DNA from: an uncultured bacterium
GTDB taxonomy: Bacteria > Babelota > Babeliae > Babelales > Vermiphilaceae
NCBI GenBank assembly: GCA_963702025.1
Contig: OY969699.1
Coordinates: 672,001-736,000, forward strand
Direction: 5' to 3'
Length of the DNA: 64,000 nucleotides
Each line of letters starts with the position of its first letter. The first letter of the stretch is position 1. The notes under the pieces were generated by a model, which saw only the letters and a program-made list of their open reading frames with translations, did not search any database and had not been told where the DNA came from. Below are positions 47,425-56,255 of the stretch, piece by piece. The position numbers and the translations under genes were made by a program.

Positions 47425-48579
47425 TTATGAGCCAATTACCTGCTTGGCAAGTTGGATTGCGCGCGCAATAGCTTTGGCAGCTTCATCTTTGAGATCAATG
47501 CGAACTGCCGATTCAACAACAAATTCATTGCCTTGTGCATCTTTATAAGATTGTTGCGGCCATGATATTTTAGGCGTAATTGAAAGAATATCAACAAGCT
47601 GATTTTGTGGAGAATATTTGAGAAAGAAATTTTTAGATGAAGGATTATTGGTAACTGTTTCAGAGATAAGGGTGCGATACTGCCCTATGCTTCTTCTTAA
47701 AAGACTTATTTCATCTTGAATATCGGCGGTGGCAATAACATCCGGATATGATAAGTTATTCTTTTTTCTATAGCTAAGGTATTCGGCTTGAGTGTTATGG
47801 ACCAGTAAAGTGATCTTTGCATCCGGAAACATCTTTTTAAGACAAGTAACAAATTGCTTAATTCGAGCTTCTTGATAAAAAATTTCACCACTGATTTGTG
47901 TTACTAATTCATGTGCAGGCGTCTGAGGATCTCCGCCCCATTCTTTGTGTGTCAAGTCGATAATCTGATCAATTATTGGATTTAAGCAAATAGTATAAGT
48001 GGGGCTTATTTCACGGGTATCTTTTAAGAGATCACGTGATGCAACATACGGTGTAAAGTTTATATCTATCAGATTAATTATTAGATGTGCATCCGGTTTT
48101 TGCGCTAAGGTTCGGGTTGCAATAAGTAAATCTTGTAGCATTCCGCCCGATCCAAATGAAGTATATTCAACCTTTGGCTGAGTTTGTAATTTTTTGAGCA
48201 ATGCATCACTTACTATTTCTTCAAAGATTCTTCTAAAACCGGGATTATCTGTGCGTGTTAAAAGGCAAAAATCTGCTGAACATTCTCCTAATAAAAAGAA
48301 AGGACATTGTTGTTCATATTTTGCAATTATTACTTGAATAGCCTGATACATTTCCTGCGGGCTTAATTTGTTAACATCTTGCTCTTCCAGCCATTTGCAT
48401 TCTTTAGCAAATTCAGCGCGAACTTTGTGGGCAATTTCAAGCGCTTTTACCGGATTATTAATTAAAAAAGTAGGGTTATGCACTGTTTCTTGGCGATTGG
48501 TATCCATGCCAATAAGGGGAATAGCAAAGGATAACAGTGAGCAGATTGTTAAAAATTTGAATACTTGTTGAGTTTCCAT
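47425..48579 (-). CDS. Exported protein with a possible SAM-binding (methyltransferase-like) motif
   Basis: G-MDT; YTSFGSGGMLQD followed by INLID. Confidence 0.5.
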   Translation of the reverse strand: METQQVFKFLTICSLLSFAIPLIGMDTNRQETVHNPTFLINNPVKALEIAHKVRAEFAKECKWLEEQDVNKLSPQEMYQAIQVIIAKYEQQCPFFLLGECSADFCLLTRTDNPGFRRIFEEIVSDALLKKLQTQPKVEYTSFGSGGMLQDLLIATRTLAQKPDAHLIINLIDINFTPYVASRDLLKDTREISPTYTICLNPIIDQIIDLTHKEWGGDPQTPAHELVTQISGEIFYQEARIKQFVTCLKKMFPDAKITLLVHNTQAEYLSYRKKNNLSYPDVIATADIQDEISLLRRSIGQYRTLISETVTNNPSSKNFFLKYSPQNQLVDILSITPKISWPQQSYKDAQGNEFVVESAVRIDLKDEAAKAIARAIQLAKQVIGS

Positions 48580-48643
48580 AAAAATCTCCATTTGGTTAAT
48601 GATTTAAATAGTACATTTCTTATAATTTATAAAAATAATTTTT

Positions 48644-50923
48644 CTAATTGTTTCCTTCTAATTGTTGTTTCCGCAAAGCTATAATTTCCGGTAGTGATAA
48701 TAAAATATTGGCTGTAACAATATTCACCGTGCCGTTTCTTGTGCCCAGAGCAACGCGGCCATTGCCCAATAAAGCGGCGCATAAGGCTGGGTTCCACCCC
48801 GGTTGTTTATTGATATACCCTTGCGCGGTATCGGTCAGCGCGTCGAAGACTTGGGTATTAACACCGGTAGTGAGAAATTGCTGGTCATTGATTTTGAGAG
48901 TAGAAAAGGGTTCCTTTTTTATCCCAAGTCTGGAATTGCCTTCTTGCATGGAAAGAATTTTTTCTTTGCCAGTCGTTATATGTATTATTTTGGTTACCGG
49001 GTCATGGCATTGCCCGCGCTGGGAAGAATACCAGTTTTCATGCGCGCAGGTAACCAAATGATCATCGTCAAACCTTAAAAGAGTTGCTAATGATTTCATT
49101 CCGTTATTGCCGGTATGTTCGGGTAGAGGGGTGATTTTTTTTGACAGTGGATCGAGTATGCAGAGTTTTTCATTGAACATATGATTAGCAGGATCCCATA
49201 TTTCTTTATATAAAATGGCTATCTGGCGAGGATCAATTACCAGGCATTTCTTTGCCTTGCGTGATCGCAGAATTGCTACAAGATCAATTTCTTGGGTATT
49301 TTCGGTGCCAACGGTCCAAAGGTAAAGCTTATCGTGGTCTAATTGAACTATCGCTTTGGTATCATCAAGCTTTTCAAGATGTTTTATTTTAGGGATCTGG
49401 CTAGCAGTAATGTGCATTTTAGTTTCCGAGGCGCATTGCGGCGTATTGGTGCTTATATTCCATAATTTTAATGTTATATAGGCGACCCATTTATCAATGG
49501 TAGAACCGTATATGTTATTTACGGCTAAGAATCGGCCAAGATGATCCATTTTTTTGTACGCTGCGGTGATTATGTGGTTATCATCCCAGCGGTTTGCAGC
49601 GTAAATATTTTCAAAAAAGCCGCCGATAGCGCAGTGTGTATTGCCAGTTGCCGTGTCGAGGATAAAAACGCTTGTTTGCGCATCGGTAGTTACCAAAAGA
49701 CGGTTATTGGCAAGCTTTACTAATGATTTAATAGCATAAGAATCAAGATTTTTTGCTATGCAGCTATCGTGAACTGCATTCGTTTTTATTAATTCTTTTT
49801 TTAAGAGTTGAGCGATTTTTTGCATATTCGGTTTCTTGAACAGTTCTTGCATGCTGCTGCCAATCTTTGTTACATAATTATCAAAATCCTTGGCAATCAT
49901 TGCAATGCTCGTGGCGGCGATTTTTTCTTCATCTTCGATGAGATTTTGGTGCGCCGCGTCTGCAACATGTTGTAAATAGGGCACTGCCCGTCCTTGTAGC
50001 CATGCTTTATTATCATGCATGAATGGTGGAACATAGGTGAGACAGGTTGCAGGCAATTCTTTAATGATTTTAAAAGATTCTAAACCGGTATCGGCGAGTA
50101 TGAATTGAGTGAGCGTATGGGCCAATTCCGGCATGAGCCATTGATCGGCAACAAGAATTGCGTGGGTTGATATCTCTTTTTGTTTTTGCAAATGCACTTC
50201 AATGAGCGGTCTGATGTGCGCAAATGGTTTATTTTTTACTATTTTATGTTCGTGAATCAATTTTATGAGATCCAGCATAAGAGCAATAGTCTCGGAAGAA
50301 TAGTCGGCCGGAAGCTCTAACATTCTATTTCTTGATTCCTTGTATGACGAATTGCACCAGGTTTGCAAGTAAGGAGAGGCAGAGGTGATGTCTTCAGGTA
50401 GAATAAAGACTTTATTATCCGCCGTGGTGATTGCGTATAAGGTGGCATCGGCCAGATTAGTGATGCCCAGATCAGCAAATTCTTTTTTTGTATACTCTGA
50501 TTTGGTTGCATACAAGTGCCATGCAACTGTGCGAGTTATGGGTGCTAATCCCAATCGGTGAGCCTCGGCGATGAGCGTTGTTATATCGCTTATTAAAGTT
50601 TGGTGGATTTCACAGTGTTTTGCTAGTACTCTTTTTAGTTCGAGCAGGATGGTGCCGGAAGTTTTTTCGCGGTACTCATGCCAGGTATCAATAAGATCTT
50701 TTAAGAGCCGCGTGGTGCTCTCGTTCAACTGAGTGGTGAGAAATTTATTTTCCGGCAGATTATTGATGATGTTTTGCAATGGTGCAAGTTCGCAAACAGT
50801 TGCCCGATTGATCCAAAAGCGGCACCCATCATTGCTCAGCAATGAAAGATGGGGGCCCGTTTCCATGGCGCCCAATGCGGAGGAAATGAGAATTGTTAAT
50901 AATCCAAATGTACCATATTTCAT
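48644..50923 (-). CDS. Exported tandem BTB/Skp1-like + WD40 protein
   Basis: A-MET; LSLLSNDGCRF; SPYLQTWCNSSYKESRNRMLEL; WD-like blades; paralog of 50941..53112. Confidence 0.72.
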   Translation of the reverse strand: MKYGTFGLLTILISSALGAMETGPHLSLLSNDGCRFWINRATVCELAPLQNIINNLPENKFLTTQLNESTTRLLKDLIDTWHEYREKTSGTILLELKRVLAKHCEIHQTLISDITTLIAEAHRLGLAPITRTVAWHLYATKSEYTKKEFADLGITNLADATLYAITTADNKVFILPEDITSASPYLQTWCNSSYKESRNRMLELPADYSSETIALMLDLIKLIHEHKIVKNKPFAHIRPLIEVHLQKQKEISTHAILVADQWLMPELAHTLTQFILADTGLESFKIIKELPATCLTYVPPFMHDNKAWLQGRAVPYLQHVADAAHQNLIEDEEKIAATSIAMIAKDFDNYVTKIGSSMQELFKKPNMQKIAQLLKKELIKTNAVHDSCIAKNLDSYAIKSLVKLANNRLLVTTDAQTSVFILDTATGNTHCAIGGFFENIYAANRWDDNHIITAAYKKMDHLGRFLAVNNIYGSTIDKWVAYITLKLWNISTNTPQCASETKMHITASQIPKIKHLEKLDDTKAIVQLDHDKLYLWTVGTENTQEIDLVAILRSRKAKKCLVIDPRQIAILYKEIWDPANHMFNEKLCILDPLSKKITPLPEHTGNNGMKSLATLLRFDDDHLVTCAHENWYSSQRGQCHDPVTKIIHITTGKEKILSMQEGNSRLGIKKEPFSTLKINDQQFLTTGVNTQVFDALTDTAQGYINKQPGWNPALCAALLGNGRVALGTRNGTVNIVTANILLSLPEIIALRKQQLEGNN

Positions 50924-50940
50924 AATAATACTTGTTACCC

Positions 50941-53112
50941 TTACATTATTCCGCAAGAAGATTGTTCATATGTTATCTGCTCGTTTCTTTTTTGGATTAT
51001 TTCTTCAATTGGCAAGAGTTCATTGAATTGCTTAATAACAATCTTGTGCGCTTTTACGCAATCTGAGGCCATAACCACGTGGCTCGCATCGAGAGCAAGT
51101 GCGTTGAGAGTGCGTTCTTTGCGGCCATACTGGGTTTGGGCCAAGTTATACCAAATGTTTTCACGCGCGGTTAAATTTTTTATTTGCTTATTTTTTTTAT
51201 CATCATATAAGAGCGCGCATTGATCCTCGAGCAACAAAAAATACTTATCATCGATTTTAGAAATTATGGATCCTTTAGAAATTTCAGCAGAATCAAGCAT
51301 ATTTTCGCAAATGCGTGTTGTGATGTTCCATATTTCAAAGGGCCCTTGTATTGATTGAAAGAGCATATGATTATCATCTAGCTTATAAAGATTCAAGCAT
51401 TTTTCCGGCGCCTTCTTTAAAATAGTTTTTGTGTTATCGGCAACATTGAGAAGGCCCAATGTATAACTATTCGGGTCATCCTGTGTGCAGGTGGCAACAA
51501 GGCTATTGCCCAAACAAGCAACTCTGCTCGCGGTAAAATCAGCTTCTCGCAACTCATTACGCTCAACATCCCAGATCATGCGCTTATTATCTAAAGAGAG
51601 CAGCACTTGGTTTTTATCCAGTGTTTGAATCTGAATTTTTGGTCTTCCTACTGAGTATGTTTTAGTTTTAATGCAGTTACCCGAATCGTCCCACTGTTTA
51701 AGATATACATTGTTATCCGGTTCCCAGAAACCGTTGCAGTATGATGCAGTGAAAATATGCCTTTTTTTAGGGTATACCGCCATGCTTTCTAATCTTTCGC
51801 GCAACCCCAGCCGCAATGTGGCCAGATGTTTGCCGGTGCTATCATAAATCTTTGGATTTTCATTTGCGGCATAAACTGCAAATTTAGTGTTATTAATTTT
51901 ATAAAGCGCCATGAGGGCTATAGGATTCATATATGGTTGAAATATGATCGGCGCATCTTCTTTGATCTTATTTTTGGCCAATAACTGAGAATTTAACATC
52001 ACTAACATATCCTGCATTTTGGGCTCTTTAAAAACTGAAAGAGCGTTAGCGGTTGCAATATATTCATCGATATTTTCAGCAATAAAATCGATGAGCTTTT
52101 GTGCCAATTCTTCTTGGCTTTTTTCAAAGAAATTATTTTTTTGAGCATCAGCGATCCATTCCAAATATAAGAGCGCATGTTCTTTTAAGCGATCCGCATC
52201 AGCAGCATTAAAGGGAGGTATATATTTATGAAAGTGATCGGAAATGAGGGCTATGGCTTCCGGTTTTTTTTGCAAGAGAACTTGAGTAAAAATATGGGCA
52301 ACTTCCGGCATCTGCCAAAGATCGGCAAGGGCGATTGTTTCAACGCAAAGATCTTTAAAATCTCCGGCCATTTGTGCCAAAGTTGGTTTAACTTTTGCAA
52401 TATCCTGGTTGTTTTTTATCTGATTGCGGTACATACATTCAATAACATGTTTTAGGAATTGTACCGTCGTGGTTGGATATATTGCCGGTAGGCGCACGAT
52501 GCGTTCCCGTGATTCTTTAAATGAAGAATTAAGCATGAGGGTAAAGTATGGGCATGCACACGCAACCTCTTCGGGAAGAATAAACGTCCGATCATTTGTT
52601 TGCAGCGCGCATAATTGTGCGTAACTCAGATCGATTTTTCCAAGCTTTTCAAACTCTTCTAATGAAAATTCCGGCCGTGTTTTATAGATATGCTGTGCAA
52701 CAGCTTTGGTGATTACCGGTAGCTGTAATTTGGTTGATTCGCGCATAAGAGCTACAGAATCAGCAACTGATATTTTTTCTTTATGGTTTTCTATTATGGT
52801 AGCTAAATCATTCCTTTGATGTTGAGCATCAATAAGATCTTTAAGCAGGCGCAAGGTGACTTCATTAAGATTTGTTCTGATGAATTTATTGCCGGCCAAT
52901 TCCTGATGCAGTTCCTGTGATTGTGAGCACTGAGTAACTGCTTCGGGTGAGATCCAAAAGCGGTGCCCATCATTGCTAATTAATGAAAGATATTCCTGCT
53001 TTTTCGCAGTTTGGAGTGCCAATTGATTGCTTTTTTCCATCGCTTGCGCGGGTAATACTGCTAGGGCAAGAAGGGGTAACAGATACTGTGTTTTTTTCCA
53101 AATAAACTTCAT
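50941..53112 (-). CDS. Exported tandem BTB/Skp1-like + WD40 protein with CaaX end (CGIM)
   Basis: AQA-MEK; LSLISNDGHRF; CPYFTLMLNSSFKESRERIVRL; terminal SSCGIM*. Confidence 0.75.
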   Translation of the reverse strand: MKFIWKKTQYLLPLLALAVLPAQAMEKSNQLALQTAKKQEYLSLISNDGHRFWISPEAVTQCSQSQELHQELAGNKFIRTNLNEVTLRLLKDLIDAQHQRNDLATIIENHKEKISVADSVALMRESTKLQLPVITKAVAQHIYKTRPEFSLEEFEKLGKIDLSYAQLCALQTNDRTFILPEEVACACPYFTLMLNSSFKESRERIVRLPAIYPTTTVQFLKHVIECMYRNQIKNNQDIAKVKPTLAQMAGDFKDLCVETIALADLWQMPEVAHIFTQVLLQKKPEAIALISDHFHKYIPPFNAADADRLKEHALLYLEWIADAQKNNFFEKSQEELAQKLIDFIAENIDEYIATANALSVFKEPKMQDMLVMLNSQLLAKNKIKEDAPIIFQPYMNPIALMALYKINNTKFAVYAANENPKIYDSTGKHLATLRLGLRERLESMAVYPKKRHIFTASYCNGFWEPDNNVYLKQWDDSGNCIKTKTYSVGRPKIQIQTLDKNQVLLSLDNKRMIWDVERNELREADFTASRVACLGNSLVATCTQDDPNSYTLGLLNVADNTKTILKKAPEKCLNLYKLDDNHMLFQSIQGPFEIWNITTRICENMLDSAEISKGSIISKIDDKYFLLLEDQCALLYDDKKNKQIKNLTARENIWYNLAQTQYGRKERTLNALALDASHVVMASDCVKAHKIVIKQFNELLPIEEIIQKRNEQITYEQSSCGIM

Positions 53113-53390
53113 AATAACCTCTATTTTTGTATTTTTAACCAATAAACTGTTCTCAAAGAGGGGACAAAAATAGCTTAAAAGCTAATAATAATCCCACAAT
53201 TCAATATTTATAATAGCAATTGTTAAGGAAAAGTAAAGGGGAGGCTCATAGCCAAATAATGGCTTAGTTTAACCTATAATCACCTAAAAATGTTACAAAT
53301 AGAAAACATATAAGATTTGCTTGCTAAATAATGAAAAATTGCTATTATGAAATATGTGAAGGTGAAAAGAGCTGTCAATTTGGAGGTTAT

Positions 53391-54377
53391 ATGAATTTAG
53401 AAATCATTTCGGGTGCTCTTGCCGCTCTTTGTGTGGTAACTGCGTGGAGCATGCAAAAATCTGATGTTTTTATGGGAAAAAGTTCTCAAAACGCGCCTAC
53501 TCAAGCTAGCAAAAAAATAGCAGTATTAACATTTAAAAGGTCGGCAGAACTATGTATTGATAAGCAATACCTGGAATCGCTCTTTACGCGTGAGGGTCTG
53601 ATATACCAAGAGGTTATTTGGGATACGCCCGGCGCAGATTGGCATCAATACGATGCCGTAATTATTCGTTCGGCATGCGATTATTTTGACGGCAAATATG
53701 AGCAATTTATTAATACTCTTCAATATATTGAAAAGCTTGGCATTCCGCTTTACAATCCGTTAGACACTGTACGTTGGAATAGCAAAAAAACATATTTGAG
53801 CGATTTAAAAGAACGAGGCATTAATGTTATTGAAACAATTTTTGGTAATTCATCGCAGATAAAAAACCTTGCAGAAATAATGAAAGAAAATAACTGGCAA
53901 GCATGTGTTGTTAAGCCTGTAATTTCAGCTGCTGCGTATAAAACTTTTTTTATTAAACTAAACGATGCTCAAGAATTCGATTTTTCCGCCCATTTCTCTC
54001 CCAATGAGCTTTTTCTTATTCAACCCTTTGCTCAAGAAATAATTGATGAAGGAGAATGGTCGTTTATCTTCTTTGATAAAAAATTTTCTCATGCAATGTT
54101 GAGCAAACCAAAACAGGGGGATTTTCGTGTGCAGTTTTTTCATGGCGGCCGTTTGCTGCCAGTAAAGCCCGAACCTTGGATGGTTCAAGAAGCGCAAAGA
54201 ATTTTGCAAGCCGCACCATTTGAAAAGATTCTCTATGCCCGGGTTGATGCAATCAAAAGAGACAATAAGCTTTTTGTTATGGAGCTCGAAATGATTGAGC
54301 CATACCTTTATTTTGATTATTATCCTGATTCAGCAAAAACATTTGTTAAAACCATTAAGCAGTATCTTGCTTATTAA
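53391..54377 (+). CDS. ATP-grasp ligase (RimK/glutathione-synthetase-like) with signal-like N-terminus
   Basis: WNSKK.YL.DL, VVKP.IS, IQPF, GEWS, DFRVQ, YARVD, MELEMIEP. Confidence 0.85.
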   Translation: MNLEIISGALAALCVVTAWSMQKSDVFMGKSSQNAPTQASKKIAVLTFKRSAELCIDKQYLESLFTREGLIYQEVIWDTPGADWHQYDAVIIRSACDYFDGKYEQFINTLQYIEKLGIPLYNPLDTVRWNSKKTYLSDLKERGINVIETIFGNSSQIKNLAEIMKENNWQACVVKPVISAAAYKTFFIKLNDAQEFDFSAHFSPNELFLIQPFAQEIIDEGEWSFIFFDKKFSHAMLSKPKQGDFRVQFFHGGRLLPVKPEPWMVQEAQRILQAAPFEKILYARVDAIKRDNKLFVMELEMIEPYLYFDYYPDSAKTFVKTIKQYLAY

Positions 54378-54391
54378 TTTTGGAGGTTTAT

Positions 54392-56242
54392 ATGAAATTG
54401 TTCAATTATTCAGTACTCGTCTTAGGCATGAGCATATGCGCAAATCTTTATCCCATGGAAAAACTTATGCCTCAAGATTCAGCACCAAATACCAATAAAA
54501 TCCCCTCGCTCAAATTTTTAACGGCTCATGCAATAGCGCAAGCCTATAAGCCTGCTCACATAAAAAAATCAAAACTGCCCAAAGATTTAAAAGAATATGC
54601 TCTTACCATCGAGCCGCATGATGAACCGCTGAGCCGCCAACTTGCGCAAGATATTCTTATTGAAGCGGTAAGAAAAGATCAATTAAATGAAGATCTTTTT
54701 AATGATCTTTGTTCAATCAATCCTGATCTTGATGTTAATGCTGCTGATGATTTTGGACCTGCCATGCTCCATGCGGCAAAGGCGCAAAATTATAATGCAA
54801 TCTATTTTTTAATGAATCGTGGCGCACGGATTGATGTAGCAACAAAAGATGAAAGGCAAGATACTCTTTTGACTCTTTTGATTAGAAAACTTTCTAAGGA
54901 TCAAAATAAAGCGCAAGAAAATATTATACAGTTTATCCTTAGTCAAGAGAGCAACCTCGTTAATACAGCTAATGCGAAAAATGAAACGCCGTTGATTTTA
55001 TCTAGTTATAGAAATAATTTACCAGTCATAAAAATCCTTCTTGCTCATTATGCGGTAGTTGATTGTATAGACGATCATGGAAATACGCCACTCAATGCGG
55101 CCATTCGGCTTGATAATTATAATCTGGTTACATTATTACTTTCCTATAAACCGAATTTAGAATTAAAACGGGAACATGGCAGTACCAGTACTGCATTTTG
55201 GGTTGCCATCGAACAACGGTCAAAGAATTATGAGATTATCTCCCTTTTAATAGAGGCCGGTGCCAATATTAATGTTCAAGACTATTCAGGAAGTGCGTTG
55301 GATTATGCGATTAACCATGATGAATTGGAGTTGGCAGAGTTTTTGCTTGAGAATGGTATTAATTCTGAAGCTCAGACAGACAATTCTTGGCGGGGATCCG
55401 GATTAACGTTCGCGGTTAAAGAAAAAAAACGACAATTCATAGATTTACTTATTAAACGCGGCGCAAAAAAAACTCCAAAAGTTTTGATGGCCGCTATAGA
55501 AAAAAATGATATACCATTACTTTCATTATTAGCAAAAAATAATCCTCATTTAGATGATAATGCGGAAAAAGACGAAAATCTTTTTGTTAAAGCGGTTAAA
55601 GAAAAAAAATGGGATGTCATGCAAATATTAAAAGGGGCCGGCGCCAATATTAATATTCAATCAAATTTTGGCTATTATCATACACGCTCTGCATTACATC
55701 GTGCTGTGTTGGAAGACCAAAATGATCTACTGTTATTTTTACTTAAATTGGGGTGCGATACAAAAGCAACTGATGCTGATCATCAGCAAACACCCTTACA
55801 TCTGGCAGTTGGTCGCAATAATTTAACTGCTGTTCAACTATTAATTAATTTCGGTGCAGACGCGAATGCAAAAGTTAAAGATGATACTGCGTTAGATATT
55901 GCATTGCAAAAGCATGATTTTAATATGGATATCATTAATCTGCTCATGCCAAAAACAGATACTATTTCCAGTGAAGTTTATCATATGTATACATTCTTGC
56001 GCTATTTAATGAGCACTGATAATGAAAAACTTTTAGAGCAACTTTTGGCAAAAGGACTATATAAAAAATGTGAAGAACGTTTACATTGGAAGAATAGTCT
56101 CTTGAATGAAGAATCGGCAAAGCCGGCAATGAGAAAATTGTTACTCAATTATCGGCCGCAAGAATATTACGCGACGCCGTGGTATCAGCGCGCAGTGAGC
56201 GCCTTGCTGCAAAAGAATATGAATCAAAGCGAAGAAGAATAA
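54392..56242 (+). CDS. Exported SOCS-box + ankyrin protein (ASB-like)
   Basis: P-MEK; IPSLKFLTAHAIAQ...KLPKDLKEYA; more than 10 ankyrin repeats. Confidence 0.85.
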   Translation: MKLFNYSVLVLGMSICANLYPMEKLMPQDSAPNTNKIPSLKFLTAHAIAQAYKPAHIKKSKLPKDLKEYALTIEPHDEPLSRQLAQDILIEAVRKDQLNEDLFNDLCSINPDLDVNAADDFGPAMLHAAKAQNYNAIYFLMNRGARIDVATKDERQDTLLTLLIRKLSKDQNKAQENIIQFILSQESNLVNTANAKNETPLILSSYRNNLPVIKILLAHYAVVDCIDDHGNTPLNAAIRLDNYNLVTLLLSYKPNLELKREHGSTSTAFWVAIEQRSKNYEIISLLIEAGANINVQDYSGSALDYAINHDELELAEFLLENGINSEAQTDNSWRGSGLTFAVKEKKRQFIDLLIKRGAKKTPKVLMAAIEKNDIPLLSLLAKNNPHLDDNAEKDENLFVKAVKEKKWDVMQILKGAGANINIQSNFGYYHTRSALHRAVLEDQNDLLLFLLKLGCDTKATDADHQQTPLHLAVGRNNLTAVQLLINFGADANAKVKDDTALDIALQKHDFNMDIINLLMPKTDTISSEVYHMYTFLRYLMSTDNEKLLEQLLAKGLYKKCEERLHWKNSLLNEESAKPAMRKLLLNYRPQEYYATPWYQRAVSALLQKNMNQSEEE

Positions 56243-56255
56243 TTTGGAGATTATT

